Below are positions 1 to 7,847 of a stretch of DNA of 64,000 nt, piece by piece. Made by a program: the position numbers and the translations under genes. This stretch comes from Pseudomonadota bacterium (lineage in GTDB: Bacteria; Pseudomonadota; Alphaproteobacteria; DSM-16000; Inquilinaceae). Each line of letters starts with the position of its first letter. The first letter of the stretch is position 1. The DNA is taken from NCBI GenBank assembly GCA_039819285.1, contig JBCBSH010000001.1:402-64401 (forward strand), given 5' to 3'. Under the pieces are notes generated by a model, which saw nothing but the letters and a program-made list of their open reading frames with translations, had not been told where the DNA came from and did no database searches.

Positions 1-294
1 GGGCCTGGAATGGTGGTCCGAGCGGAATGGTTCAGCGGCTATGGCCGTACCGTAGACATCGATCACGGCTTCGGCCTGGTCAGCCGCTATGCCCATCTTC
101 AGGAAATCCTTGTCGAGGAAGGCCAGCCGATCGGCTATAGTGACGAGATCGGGCTCATGGGCAGTTCAGGCCGAAGCACGGGGTCGCATTTGCACTATGA
201 AGTGCTGGTGGACGGCGTCCCCTACGATCCTATGAATTTCATCAGGGCGGGCGAACATGTTTACGAAATCGCAACAACCCAAGACGACGACTAA
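1..294 (+). CDS. M23 (LytM) family metallopeptidase, C-terminal part; 5' end lies outside the window
   Basis: The ORF is open from the window edge. DIDHGFGLVSRYAHL and GSSGRSTGSHLHYEV match the HxxxD and HxH zinc-ligand motifs of peptidase M23. Confidence 0.85.
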   Translation, partial: GPGMVVRAEWFSGYGRTVDIDHGFGLVSRYAHLQEILVEEGQPIGYSDEIGLMGSSGRSTGSHLHYEVLVDGVPYDPMNFIRAGEHVYEIATTQDDD

Positions 295-408
295 GCAGAG
301 CAACGCGATGTCCAATACCAGCACCACCACGCCGGCGGCCAGCCGATCCGATGCTGAGATCGCCCGAAACACGCAGCCGAAACGGCTCCCTCGGTCATCA
401 GCGCCGAT

Positions 409-831
409 ATGCGCGTCTCGGGCGATCTCAGGACCGACGGCGACGTTCAGATCGATGGCATCATCGACGGCGATATCTCGTCCAACAGCCTGACCATCGG
501 CAAGTCCGCCGTGGTCAATGGCGAGGTGGCGGCCGACATCGTGCGCGTCTGGGGCAAGGTGAATGGCCGCATTCGCTCCAAGGACGTATCGCTGCAGGAA
601 ACCGCAGAAGTGCATGGGGATATCCTGCACCACAGCCTTGAGGTGGTGCGTGGGGCCTATATCGAGGGCATGGTCAAGCGCGACACCAGCATCGGCGAGG
701 CCGCGCCTGAACGGGCGCCGCAGCAGGCTGAGAAACCCCGCGAAACGGCGCGGGTCACCTCCATTGCAGGGGCGGACGCGGCGAAGGGCAAAAGCAACAA
801 CACCGCCAGCGGCCAGTCGGTCGCGCGCTGA
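409..831 (+). CDS. Bactofilin (polymer-forming cytoskeletal protein)
   Basis: The sequence has the repetitive beta-helix pattern VSGDLRTDGDVQIDGIIDGDISS..VNGEVAADIVRVWGKVNGRI..VHGDILHHSLEV typical of the bactofilin core, plus a Pro/Ala/Lys-rich tail. An in-frame TGA at 355-357 fixes the ATG at 409 as the start. Confidence 0.85.
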   Translation: MRVSGDLRTDGDVQIDGIIDGDISSNSLTIGKSAVVNGEVAADIVRVWGKVNGRIRSKDVSLQETAEVHGDILHHSLEVVRGAYIEGMVKRDTSIGEAAPERAPQQAEKPRETARVTSIAGADAAKGKSNNTASGQSVAR

Positions 832-907
832 CATCTGCGCGATCACGCGCGTCTAGGCTCCGCTTGGTCGGCTCCCGGCCGGCCGGCGCATGAGTGGATT
901 TGGCCGG

Positions 908-1237
908 CTATTCGGCCTGAGGCCAAACGTGCAGGGCCAGCCATACCGTCGGCTGGCCCGTGTCGGTCCAGGTGACGCGGTGGCGTTTATGGGCGGGGAG
1001 AAACACGGTGTCGCCGGGACCGAGGGACATTTCGCCTTCGTCTTCGATTAGCAGCCGGGCGGCTCCGGCCAGCACCATTACCCACTCATCCTGTTCCTGA
1101 TCGTACCACTCGCCCTCGGGCGTGACCTGACCATTGGAGACAATCCGTTCCAACCGGATGCCGGGCCACTCGGCCAAGGTCTCGAAGACTTCCTCCGCCG
1201 TGGCATCGGGCAGATCGGCCAAGAGGTTGCTTGGCAT
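908..1237 (-). CDS. Small cupin domain protein
   Basis: This is the C-terminal 109 aa of the 203-aa ORF. GGAGA lies about 8 nt upstream of the ATG at 1237. The motif GPGDTVFLPAHKRHRV is cupin-like, and the upstream extension is low-complexity. Confidence 0.7.
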   Translation of the reverse strand: MPSNLLADLPDATAEEVFETLAEWPGIRLERIVSNGQVTPEGEWYDQEQDEWVMVLAGAARLLIEDEGEMSLGPGDTVFLPAHKRHRVTWTDTGQPTVWLALHVWPQAE

Positions 1238-1490
1238 GGCGTCGTGATCTCCTGCTTGTGTCTTGGCCGCCGCCAGCACCTGGTTTGTGAAAGGCAGGGT
1301 CGCTAGAAGGGCGACCAGCGGCCGGCGCGCGACCGGTCTGTCAACAAGCTGGCGCGGGCCCCTCGGATCGGGCTTCCAATCGTCGGCTGGTTGCACCATG
1401 GCATCATCCCCTGCGACAATCGGGCGGAAGACCAGGGCGGCCCCGTTGCTGCTCTGCCAGCCGCGGAGGCCGGGCACAAACCTCTTGGAC

Positions 1491-1613
1491 ATGGCTCCCG
1501 TGTTTGACGTTCTGGCCAATCGAACTTATCGGCGTCTGCTGGGCGCCTAGATCCTGTCGCCGACCGGAACGGGGCTGACGACGGTTGCGCCGGGCCTTCT
1601 TGCCTATGATCTT
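1491..1613 (+). pseudogene. Relic of the N-terminus of an MFS transporter gene (in-frame TAG, then truncated)
   Basis: Translation gives MAPVFDVLANRTYRRLLGA*ILSPTGTGLTTVAPGLLAYDL. This resembles the conserved start of MFS_3/EntS-like exporters (F..L..R.FRRL..aQ..S..G..L..VAL.LLAYDL). A TAG sits where Gln is expected, and similarity is lost after about 40 codons. Confidence 0.3.
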
Positions 1614-1736
1614 GAAAGCTTGTTCAGCCCCTATTGGCCGCTTCGTTGTTGACGGTGATGAATCTCCACTGGCCGTCCGACTGATCCCGGCGCGATTGCG
1701 CCGAAGCTACGGCTTCACATCACGGATGAGTTTTAC

Positions 1737-2186
1737 TCAGTCGTCAATCGGCGTCTCCTGATAGAGCCGCTGGTGCCAATCGCCGTCTTGCTTCAGCCAG
1801 ATCAACGTGATCGCGATCGGCGAGGGCAGCGGTTCGCCGCCAAAGGCGCCCGACACGTCGGCATGAAACCGCTGCAGTGCCGTGTCGTCGGCCACCGACT
1901 CGATCGTCATCTCGCCAAGCGGCTGAAGCGAAAAGGTGAATTGACCCTGCGACACGGCGGCCAGTTGGTCTTCCAAACTACGGCCACCGCCGTTGAACGA
2001 CGAAATCCAGATAAAGCCGTCGGCCGTCATCGACCGAACGGTGTCGGTATCCCGGTTGGCGTAAGCCTGGGAAATGGCATTGAACGCCTGCATGATTTCG
2101 TCATCCAGGCTGTTGTTTTGGGCCTGGGCGCCGGTGGCAAGAACCGCCGCGACGCAGGCGACACCCATAATCCAAAGGCTGCGCAT
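1737..2186 (-). CDS. Secreted NTF2-like (DUF4440/SnoaL-like) protein
   Basis: It has a signal peptide, MRSLWIMGVACVAAVLATGAQA|QN. Its size and the pattern (AF..IS.AYANRD.D.V.SM...DGFIW...WLKQDGDW) fit the NTF2-like fold. Confidence 0.6.
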   Translation of the reverse strand: MRSLWIMGVACVAAVLATGAQAQNNSLDDEIMQAFNAISQAYANRDTDTVRSMTADGFIWISSFNGGGRSLEDQLAAVSQGQFTFSLQPLGEMTIESVADDTALQRFHADVSGAFGGEPLPSPIAITLIWLKQDGDWHQRLYQETPIDD

Positions 2187-2304
2187 CAGTTGTTTCCCCC
2201 GACTGAAGCCATGAAACCAGGCTGGGTTGAAACATAGGTCGTGATTGGCTGCCTTACCATCCTCGGCAATGGCGAACAGCTAAACTAAGTTGGTGGTGAA
2301 CGAT

Positions 2305-3882
2305 TCAAGCGGCCTTTGAAGGCTTCGACGTTGAGGCATTTTCGCGGTCGGAACTTTGGCGACTGCTCGCCTCGCCGGACTCACGGCGAATGAGAGCTGC
2401 GACAGTCCGATGGCCGTGGCGCTTCGCATCTTCGATCGGCGTGTTGCCCCATCGGTCCTCCGGAGCCAGATCGACCCCCTGCCGGATCAGGAAGGCAACG
2501 GCTGTGTCATGGCCTTCGGCGGCCGCCAGATGCAGCGGCGTTCGCCCGTCATAGTCGGCGCTGTCCATTGTGTGTCCGTAGGCCACCAATCGCTTCAACT
2601 CGTCGATATCGCCGCAACTGGCCGCATGGATCGCGCTGAACGTGGCGTTTGATTCGATGGTCTTGCGACGGTGGCGCGGATCAAGCTTTCTGGTTTCCAC
2701 AAGGCTGTCGTAATTGTGGAAATTGAACGTCTCGACCAGGCGATGCAGGAATTCCACGCCACGGACGCTGTTGCCGTTTTGGTCGATATGCGGTGACCAT
2801 ACCGCGATGCCCATGACGTTCGGCACCACGGCCATGATCGCACCGCAAACCCCCGATTTAGCCGGCATGCCGACCCGGAAGGCGAACTCGCCAGAATAGT
2901 CGTACATGCCGCACGCGTTCATCATCGACAGGCAGTTCTTAACCGTGTCGCCGCTGAACACGCGTTCGCCCGTGGGCGGACACACGCCACCATTGGCGTA
3001 TGTGGCAGCGATGGTGGCCATTTGCTGGGCGGTCGTTTCGATCGAGCAGGCGGCGAAGTACAGGTCAAGCGTCGCCAGGATGTCCGTGCCTTCGGGGAAG
3101 GCGCGGACCTCGCGCATGTAGTGGGCAAGGGCGAAGTTGCGGTCCGCCGTCTCACGCTCCGAGTGGTAGATGGCGTTGTTGAAACCAGGCCTGCGCCCGC
3201 CGGTCAAATTGCCGATCAATGAGGTCAGATAATCAAACCGGTCCGCCATTGGCCAGTCGGCATGCAACAGGCTGGTGCTCATGATCGCGCCGGCGTTGAT
3301 CATTGGATTGTGTGGCCGGCTGGCCTTGTTCAAGGTCAGCTCGTTAAAGGACTGGCCGCTCGGCTCGCGGCCGATATGGTCGTGCACGCGGGCCTCACCA
3401 TGAAGCTCGAGTGCCGCGCTGTAGAGCAGGGGCTTACAGCTTGACTGAAACGAAAAGGGCTCAGCGGCGTCTCCCAAACTCAGGCGTTGTCCGTCGATCG
3501 TGCAAACCGCGACACCGAACTGGTCGGGATCGACCCTTGCAAGCTGAGGAATGTACTGGGCCAAGGCGCCGCCCTCATTGCGCAGCGTCGCCTCGTAGAT
3601 CCGTGAAACGGTTGCTGAGAAATCGCCGAAAGACGGCAATACCAACTCTTGCCGAACCGCTCGCTCAAGCAACCTTCGACCGGACTGGGACAGCCGGTCG
3701 AAGGTCGCGCCGTCGATCTCGGACCCGTTGCGGCGCAGCCCGTCGGTCAGCGCGGCCAATCGGGGGTCATCGTTCGGCAAGCCGGCTTGGTCCAGCCGCG
3801 ACAGGATTTCGGTAACGGAAACCTTCCCGCCGCCGGTTTCGTCAAGGGCACGGAACACCGGGTGCACAACGTTGGCAGACAT
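2305..3882 (-). CDS. glsA: Glutaminase with eukaryotic GLS-type architecture (EF-hand-like N-domain, glutaminase core, C-terminal ankyrin repeats)
   Basis: It carries the Ser-x-x-Lys motif QSSCKP plus HNPMINAGAI, GMPAKSGV and FNFHNYD. The C-terminus has ankyrin repeats (DYDGRTPLHLAAAEGHDTAVAFLI, EDRWGNTPIEDAKRHGH). GGAG lies 7 nt upstream of the ATG at 3882. Confidence 0.9.
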   Translation of the reverse strand: MSANVVHPVFRALDETGGGKVSVTEILSRLDQAGLPNDDPRLAALTDGLRRNGSEIDGATFDRLSQSGRRLLERAVRQELVLPSFGDFSATVSRIYEATLRNEGGALAQYIPQLARVDPDQFGVAVCTIDGQRLSLGDAAEPFSFQSSCKPLLYSAALELHGEARVHDHIGREPSGQSFNELTLNKASRPHNPMINAGAIMSTSLLHADWPMADRFDYLTSLIGNLTGGRRPGFNNAIYHSERETADRNFALAHYMREVRAFPEGTDILATLDLYFAACSIETTAQQMATIAATYANGGVCPPTGERVFSGDTVKNCLSMMNACGMYDYSGEFAFRVGMPAKSGVCGAIMAVVPNVMGIAVWSPHIDQNGNSVRGVEFLHRLVETFNFHNYDSLVETRKLDPRHRRKTIESNATFSAIHAASCGDIDELKRLVAYGHTMDSADYDGRTPLHLAAAEGHDTAVAFLIRQGVDLAPEDRWGNTPIEDAKRHGHRTVAALIRRESGEASSRQSSDRENASTSKPSKAA

Positions 3883-3905
3883 GTTGTCACTCCATCTCTT
3901 GGCTC

Positions 3906-3928
3906 CCCCCGGCACTCGGTGCCGGGGG
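3906..3928 (-). promoter_or_regulatory. GC-rich 10-bp stem-loop in the glutaminase leader
   Basis: CCCCCGGCAC-TCG-GTGCCGGGGG is a perfect inverted repeat lying 24-46 nt upstream of the glsA start codon. Confidence 0.35.
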
Positions 3929-4083
3929 TTTGGAAATCTCATGTGTGCCCCGCAAACTTCCGTCGGGTCGTGGTTGACCGTCTCCCTTGAAGGCTCGCAA
4001 ACGGATGACTGAGATCTATCGAGAAACAGTCCGAACCGCGAAGGAGGTGACGGCCAAAATGGCGTCAGGGCGTGCCTGTGCGT

Positions 4084-4749
4084 TTAGCCGACGGATGTTT
4101 CCGGCGAACAACGTGCCGCGCACTTTTGTGTTTCAGTTGTTTCGCGATCATGTCCGGCCGATCCGGACCGGGTGCGCTCCAGATCACTGACCCGGACAGC
4201 CGCGCTCCGCCGATGGTAGTCGACGATACGGCCGCTCTGGCTCGCCTCCACAGAGCAGCAGCGCAGTACAGACTGCTTCAACAACAGCCGTCCGCGCTGG
4301 ACCCTGGACTTCAATCCCGGCACCGAGAGGCCCAGCCGCTCAGCCGCCGCGCGCTGGGTCAGCCCCCCAATCTCGGTCAACAACAGCGCCTCTGCGTAAT
4401 GCGGTGCCAGCCGGTTGATGAACGGGATCATGCATCCCGACAAACTCGCGACGGCGTCATTGGCGGCCTCGCTCGGCTTTTCGGCGAGCAGGGCCGCCTG
4501 TTCAAGCGCCCGGTCTTCCGTGACTGACCGTCGATGAAAGTCGATGATCGCGTTGTTGGCCACCCGATGGACCCAGGCCAGCGGCTTGTCGGACCCGCTC
4601 AGCTTGTCCGCGTTCGCGACCAGGCGGACAAGTATATCCCCAGTCAGATCGTCCACATGTGACGGCGACACCCGGCGGCTAACGTAGCGGCGCAGGCGGG
4701 CACTGAATTCCGCCCATTGCGGTTCTGTGAACGGCCTTTTGCTCGCCAT
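4084..4749 (-). CDS. ECF-type RNA polymerase sigma factor, SigZ-like, with a Cys-containing C-terminal extension
   Basis: It has sigma-70 region 2 (DDLTGDILVRLV..LAWVHRVANNAIIDFHRR) and region 4 (YAEALLLTEIGGLTQRAAAERLGLSVPGLKSRVQRGR). The C-terminus reads LRCCSVE..GRIVDY...C..RC. The internal ATG at 4749 is chosen over the R-rich extension. Confidence 0.8.
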   Translation of the reverse strand: MASKRPFTEPQWAEFSARLRRYVSRRVSPSHVDDLTGDILVRLVANADKLSGSDKPLAWVHRVANNAIIDFHRRSVTEDRALEQAALLAEKPSEAANDAVASLSGCMIPFINRLAPHYAEALLLTEIGGLTQRAAAERLGLSVPGLKSRVQRGRLLLKQSVLRCCSVEASQSGRIVDYHRRSAAVRVSDLERTRSGSAGHDRETTETQKCAARCSPETSVG

Positions 4750-4775
4750 ACCACCGTGCCCGCCTGTCGGTTCCC

Positions 4776-5180
4776 TCAAACGCAGCAGGTCTTGCCCGAC
4801 ATGTCGCTTGCGGCGTCGGGCTGATCGTCGGTGATATGATACCACTCCCAACTTAGTCCGTCTGGCTCGTCAGACCACAGCTTGTCCTGGGTCGCATGAC
4901 AACAGGTGGTCGCCTCTTCGGTGCTGCTGATGAGGCCGGCCCTACCCAGGCGGCTGCGCGTTGGCGCCATTTCGGTCGGATCGGTGATCTCGACGCCGAT
5001 ATGGTTCAATCTTTCGGTGGCATCTTGCGTTTCGAACAGGACCAGCTTCAGCGGCGGTTCAGCGATGGCGAAGTTGGCATAGCCCGGCCGGCGCTTGTGT
5101 GGCGCGGTGTCGAACAGCCGGCTGTAGTAATCGACGGCCCGGTCGATGTTGGTAACGTTCAGCGCGAGTTGAAGTCTCAT
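4776..5180 (-). CDS. ArsI/CadI family heavy-metal(loid) resistance VOC-fold protein
   Basis: MRLQLALNV..YYSRLF...KRRPGYANFAI.EPPLKLVL.E......LNH.GVE and the vicinal Cys pair TTCCHATQDK are collinear with CadI/ArsI. The C-terminus ends in CC. GGGAG lies upstream of the ATG at 5180. Confidence 0.8.
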   Translation of the reverse strand: MRLQLALNVTNIDRAVDYYSRLFDTAPHKRRPGYANFAIAEPPLKLVLFETQDATERLNHIGVEITDPTEMAPTRSRLGRAGLISSTEEATTCCHATQDKLWSDEPDGLSWEWYHITDDQPDAASDMSGKTCCV

Positions 5181-5302
5181 TGGGATACTCCCTAAGCTTG
5201 TTGAGCTCACCCTCACTGACGTGCCACTTCACAAAAGGACGCAACGAATTAGCAAACCAGTGCGCTTGGCCTGATCGGTGACGTCTGACCAGGGGTCGGA
5301 CC

Positions 5303-5680
5303 TTAAGGCGTTCTGCGCCAGGCCGGGCGAGGGCGGGCGAATGCCATGCGGTGATGGGCCACGCCCTGATCAGTGACTTTGATCAGCGAGGATCCCTCGA
5401 TTTCGGTACCGATCACATGCCACCAGCTCCAGCGGACCAGGATTCCGTCATGGTCGTACTCGACGCTGTCTGCGGATTCGACCTGACCCGTTCCCCCGGC
5501 CGCCTTCATCGTCTCGGTCCAGCGGTTCATCCAGGCAATAATGGTCGATCGGGTAATCAGTTTGGGTTCGCTGGGGTCGTCGAGTACGTAATCGTCTGCC
5601 AGTGCCGGCAAGACCTTCTCCGGGCGACCCCAGGATACCAGGTAGTCATTCAGGTGTTTGAAGCGATCGGCCACTACCAT
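5303..5680 (-). CDS. SnoaL/NTF2-like small protein
   Basis: The 125-aa ORF starts at an internal ATG preceded by GAGAGGGAA. Its size and hydrophobic pattern fit the NTF2-like fold. No catalytic motif was recognised. Confidence 0.45.
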   Translation of the reverse strand: MVVADRFKHLNDYLVSWGRPEKVLPALADDYVLDDPSEPKLITRSTIIAWMNRWTETMKAAGGTGQVESADSVEYDHDGILVRWSWWHVIGTEIEGSSLIKVTDQGVAHHRMAFARPRPAWRRTP

Positions 5681-6013
5681 TTCCCTCTCGCATCCGGACG
5701 AAAGTCGGATTTGACGAGCAACAAATGACGACCTAGAAGCGAGACCGTCATCCCGCGATTCTAAATTTAAGACGATACCAGCTTGGGGAAGGTGCGCCAG
5801 ACCCGATGCCGCCACTCTGGCGCATAGCGGATCGGCGAAAAACGCTGCCTGGCGAACTCTGCTCGAATACGCGTGACCTTGGTCGACGCAGCCAATCGTT
5901 GCGGCCGGTTGCTCAGAGGGAACCCGAGACCCCGACGATCTGGGCGCGGGAGGACCGGGCGTCCGACGAAACGGGCCCGTGTTACTCGCCAGAGCGCCCG
6001 ATGAGTACGCCGC

Positions 6014-7006
6014 TTAAGCGCGGCCCTCCAGCGCCTTGGCAAAAACCCCCGGATCCGCGTTGCCGCCACTGGCGATCACAAGGGTCGTGCGGTTCGTGGT
6101 TTCGATCTTGCCCGACAGCGCCGCCGCCAAGGCCACGACACCGCCGGGCTCGACGACGAGTTTCAGGGTTTCGAAGGCGATCGCCATGGCATGGCGCACC
6201 TCATCATCGGTGACGACCAGCCCGCCGGCCAGTGTCTGCCGATTGACAGCAAATGTCAGGTCGCCAGGCTGTGCGGCCAGAAGTGCGTCGCAGATCGACC
6301 GCGCGGCAGCGTCATTTGAGACAATGGCCCCAGCCGCCAGCGATCGCGCGGTGTCATCGAACCCTGCCGGCTCGACCGCATAGACCGGACAGTCAGGCCA
6401 GGCCGCCTTGACGGCCGTCGAGACGCCTGCGATCAGGCCGCCGCCGCCGCAGCAACACAGCACGGCGTCGGGCGCCGTGTCGAGCTGCCGGGTGGCCTCC
6501 AGCCCGACTGTGCCTTGGCCCGCCATGATGCCATAATCATCGTAGGGCCGGACCAGAGTCGCGCCGGTCTCTGCCGCCAACCGCTCGCCGATCGTCTCAC
6601 GCACCTCGCGGTATCGATCGTAGGTGATCACCCTGGCACCGTAGGCCTCGGTATTGGTCCGCTTTATGGCCGGCGCGTCGGCTGGCATGATGATGGTGGC
6701 CGGGATACCGAACAGGCGGGCCGCCGCCGCAACACCTTGGGCATGATTGCCGCTGGAATAGGCGACGACTCCATGGCCGCGTTCCTCTTCCGGAATTTGG
6801 CTGATGCGGTTGTAGGCGCCGCGAAACTTGAACGAGCCCGTGTGCTGCAGCGGCTCCGCCTTGATCAGCAACCGGCCGCCCACCTGCGCGTTGAGCAGGT
6901 GTGCCTCCAGGATCGGGGTGCGCACGGCGACGCCGTGAAGTCGGCCCGCGGCGGCCTCAATGTCGGTGAGCGAAAAGCCGTTATCTGATGTGGCTAAGGA
7001 CGGCAT
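6014..7006 (-). CDS. PLP-dependent threonine/serine ammonia-lyase (short, catabolic or racemase-like type)
   Basis: It has the PLP-lysine motif HTGSFKFRGAYN, the glycine loop CCGGGGLIAG and SSGNHAQG. The 330-aa length lacks an ACT regulatory domain. Confidence 0.85.
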   Translation of the reverse strand: MPSLATSDNGFSLTDIEAAAGRLHGVAVRTPILEAHLLNAQVGGRLLIKAEPLQHTGSFKFRGAYNRISQIPEEERGHGVVAYSSGNHAQGVAAAARLFGIPATIIMPADAPAIKRTNTEAYGARVITYDRYREVRETIGERLAAETGATLVRPYDDYGIMAGQGTVGLEATRQLDTAPDAVLCCCGGGGLIAGVSTAVKAAWPDCPVYAVEPAGFDDTARSLAAGAIVSNDAAARSICDALLAAQPGDLTFAVNRQTLAGGLVVTDDEVRHAMAIAFETLKLVVEPGGVVALAAALSGKIETTNRTTLVIASGGNADPGVFAKALEGRA

Positions 7007-7847
7007 CGATGACCTCTCGGCTGGCAGGTTCGTCTAGGTGAGGCGCGTGACCGACATTGTCGATCGTGGCGTGGATCAGGTCGGGATGGGCCGCTCGCAT
7101 GCGCGCCAAACCATCGGAGGTCAATACGGGCGACTTGGCGCCGCGAATGACCCCGACGGGCAGGTGGCCTACCGCACGAAACAGGGGCCAAAGATCAGGA
7201 ATGTCCTCGCGAGGCGTCAGTTGGCCAATGATCCGCTCGTCGAAATCAAACCGCAGCGGCCCGGCGCCGGTCTCGCGCCAGGTGCCCTTCGCGACGTCGA
7301 GCCAGCCTTGCGACTTCGGCTCCGGCACGCCGAGATCGGGCAGCAGGTCCTGCAGGTACCGCACGGCCTCGTCCCAGTTTGCCGGTGACGAGGCCTGAGC
7401 GAGAGCCTTGCCGATCGGCGCCACCGCCTCGGCGTCGAGGTCGGGGCCGACATCGTTCAGCACCAGGCCCGCCACGCTCGTCGGATGCATGACCGCAAGA
7501 CCCAAGGCCAGCAAACCGCCGAGCGACGTGCCGATAAGGGCCGCCCCGTGGATCGAAAGCGCGGTCATGAGGTCGGCCAGATCCGCCACCAGTTGGGGCG
7601 GCGCGTAGTCGGAAGCCGATCGGCAGTAGCCGCTGCGCCCGCGGCCGCGATAATCCGGGCATGTAACTAAGAAGTCACTCGAAAGCCGAGATGCAACATA
7701 ATGAAAATCATGAGAATTTCGCGTCAGGCCGGGCAGGCATAGGACGGGCGGTGCCGACGCCAGCCGGTCGCCATACATCCGATAGAACAGCGGCGTTCCG
7801 TCCTGCGCCGAGATGTAGCCCGTCGTGACCGACGGATCGCCGGTCAC
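6981..7847 (-). CDS. Alpha/beta hydrolase
   Basis: It has the nucleophile elbow GTSLGG and the pattern LCLPGLTRNSHDF...NVGHAPHLDEP. Its GTG start overlaps the slt stop (GTGA). Confidence 0.75.
   Translation of the reverse strand: MTGDPSVTTGYISAQDGTPLFYRMYGDRLASAPPVLCLPGLTRNSHDFHYVASRLSSDFLVTCPDYRGRGRSGYCRSASDYAPPQLVADLADLMTALSIHGAALIGTSLGGLLALGLAVMHPTSVAGLVLNDVGPDLDAEAVAPIGKALAQASSPANWDEAVRYLQDLLPDLGVPEPKSQGWLDVAKGTWRETGAGPLRFDFDERIIGQLTPREDIPDLWPLFRAVGHLPVGVIRGAKSPVLTSDGLARMRAAHPDLIHATIDNVGHAPHLDEPASREVIDAVLSHIR

Noticed and set aside
908-1519. The full 203-aa version of the cupin ORF.
   Set aside because: The N-terminal 94 aa are low-complexity and lack an RBS. The internal ATG at 1237 has GGAGA upstream and yields a typical single-domain cupin.
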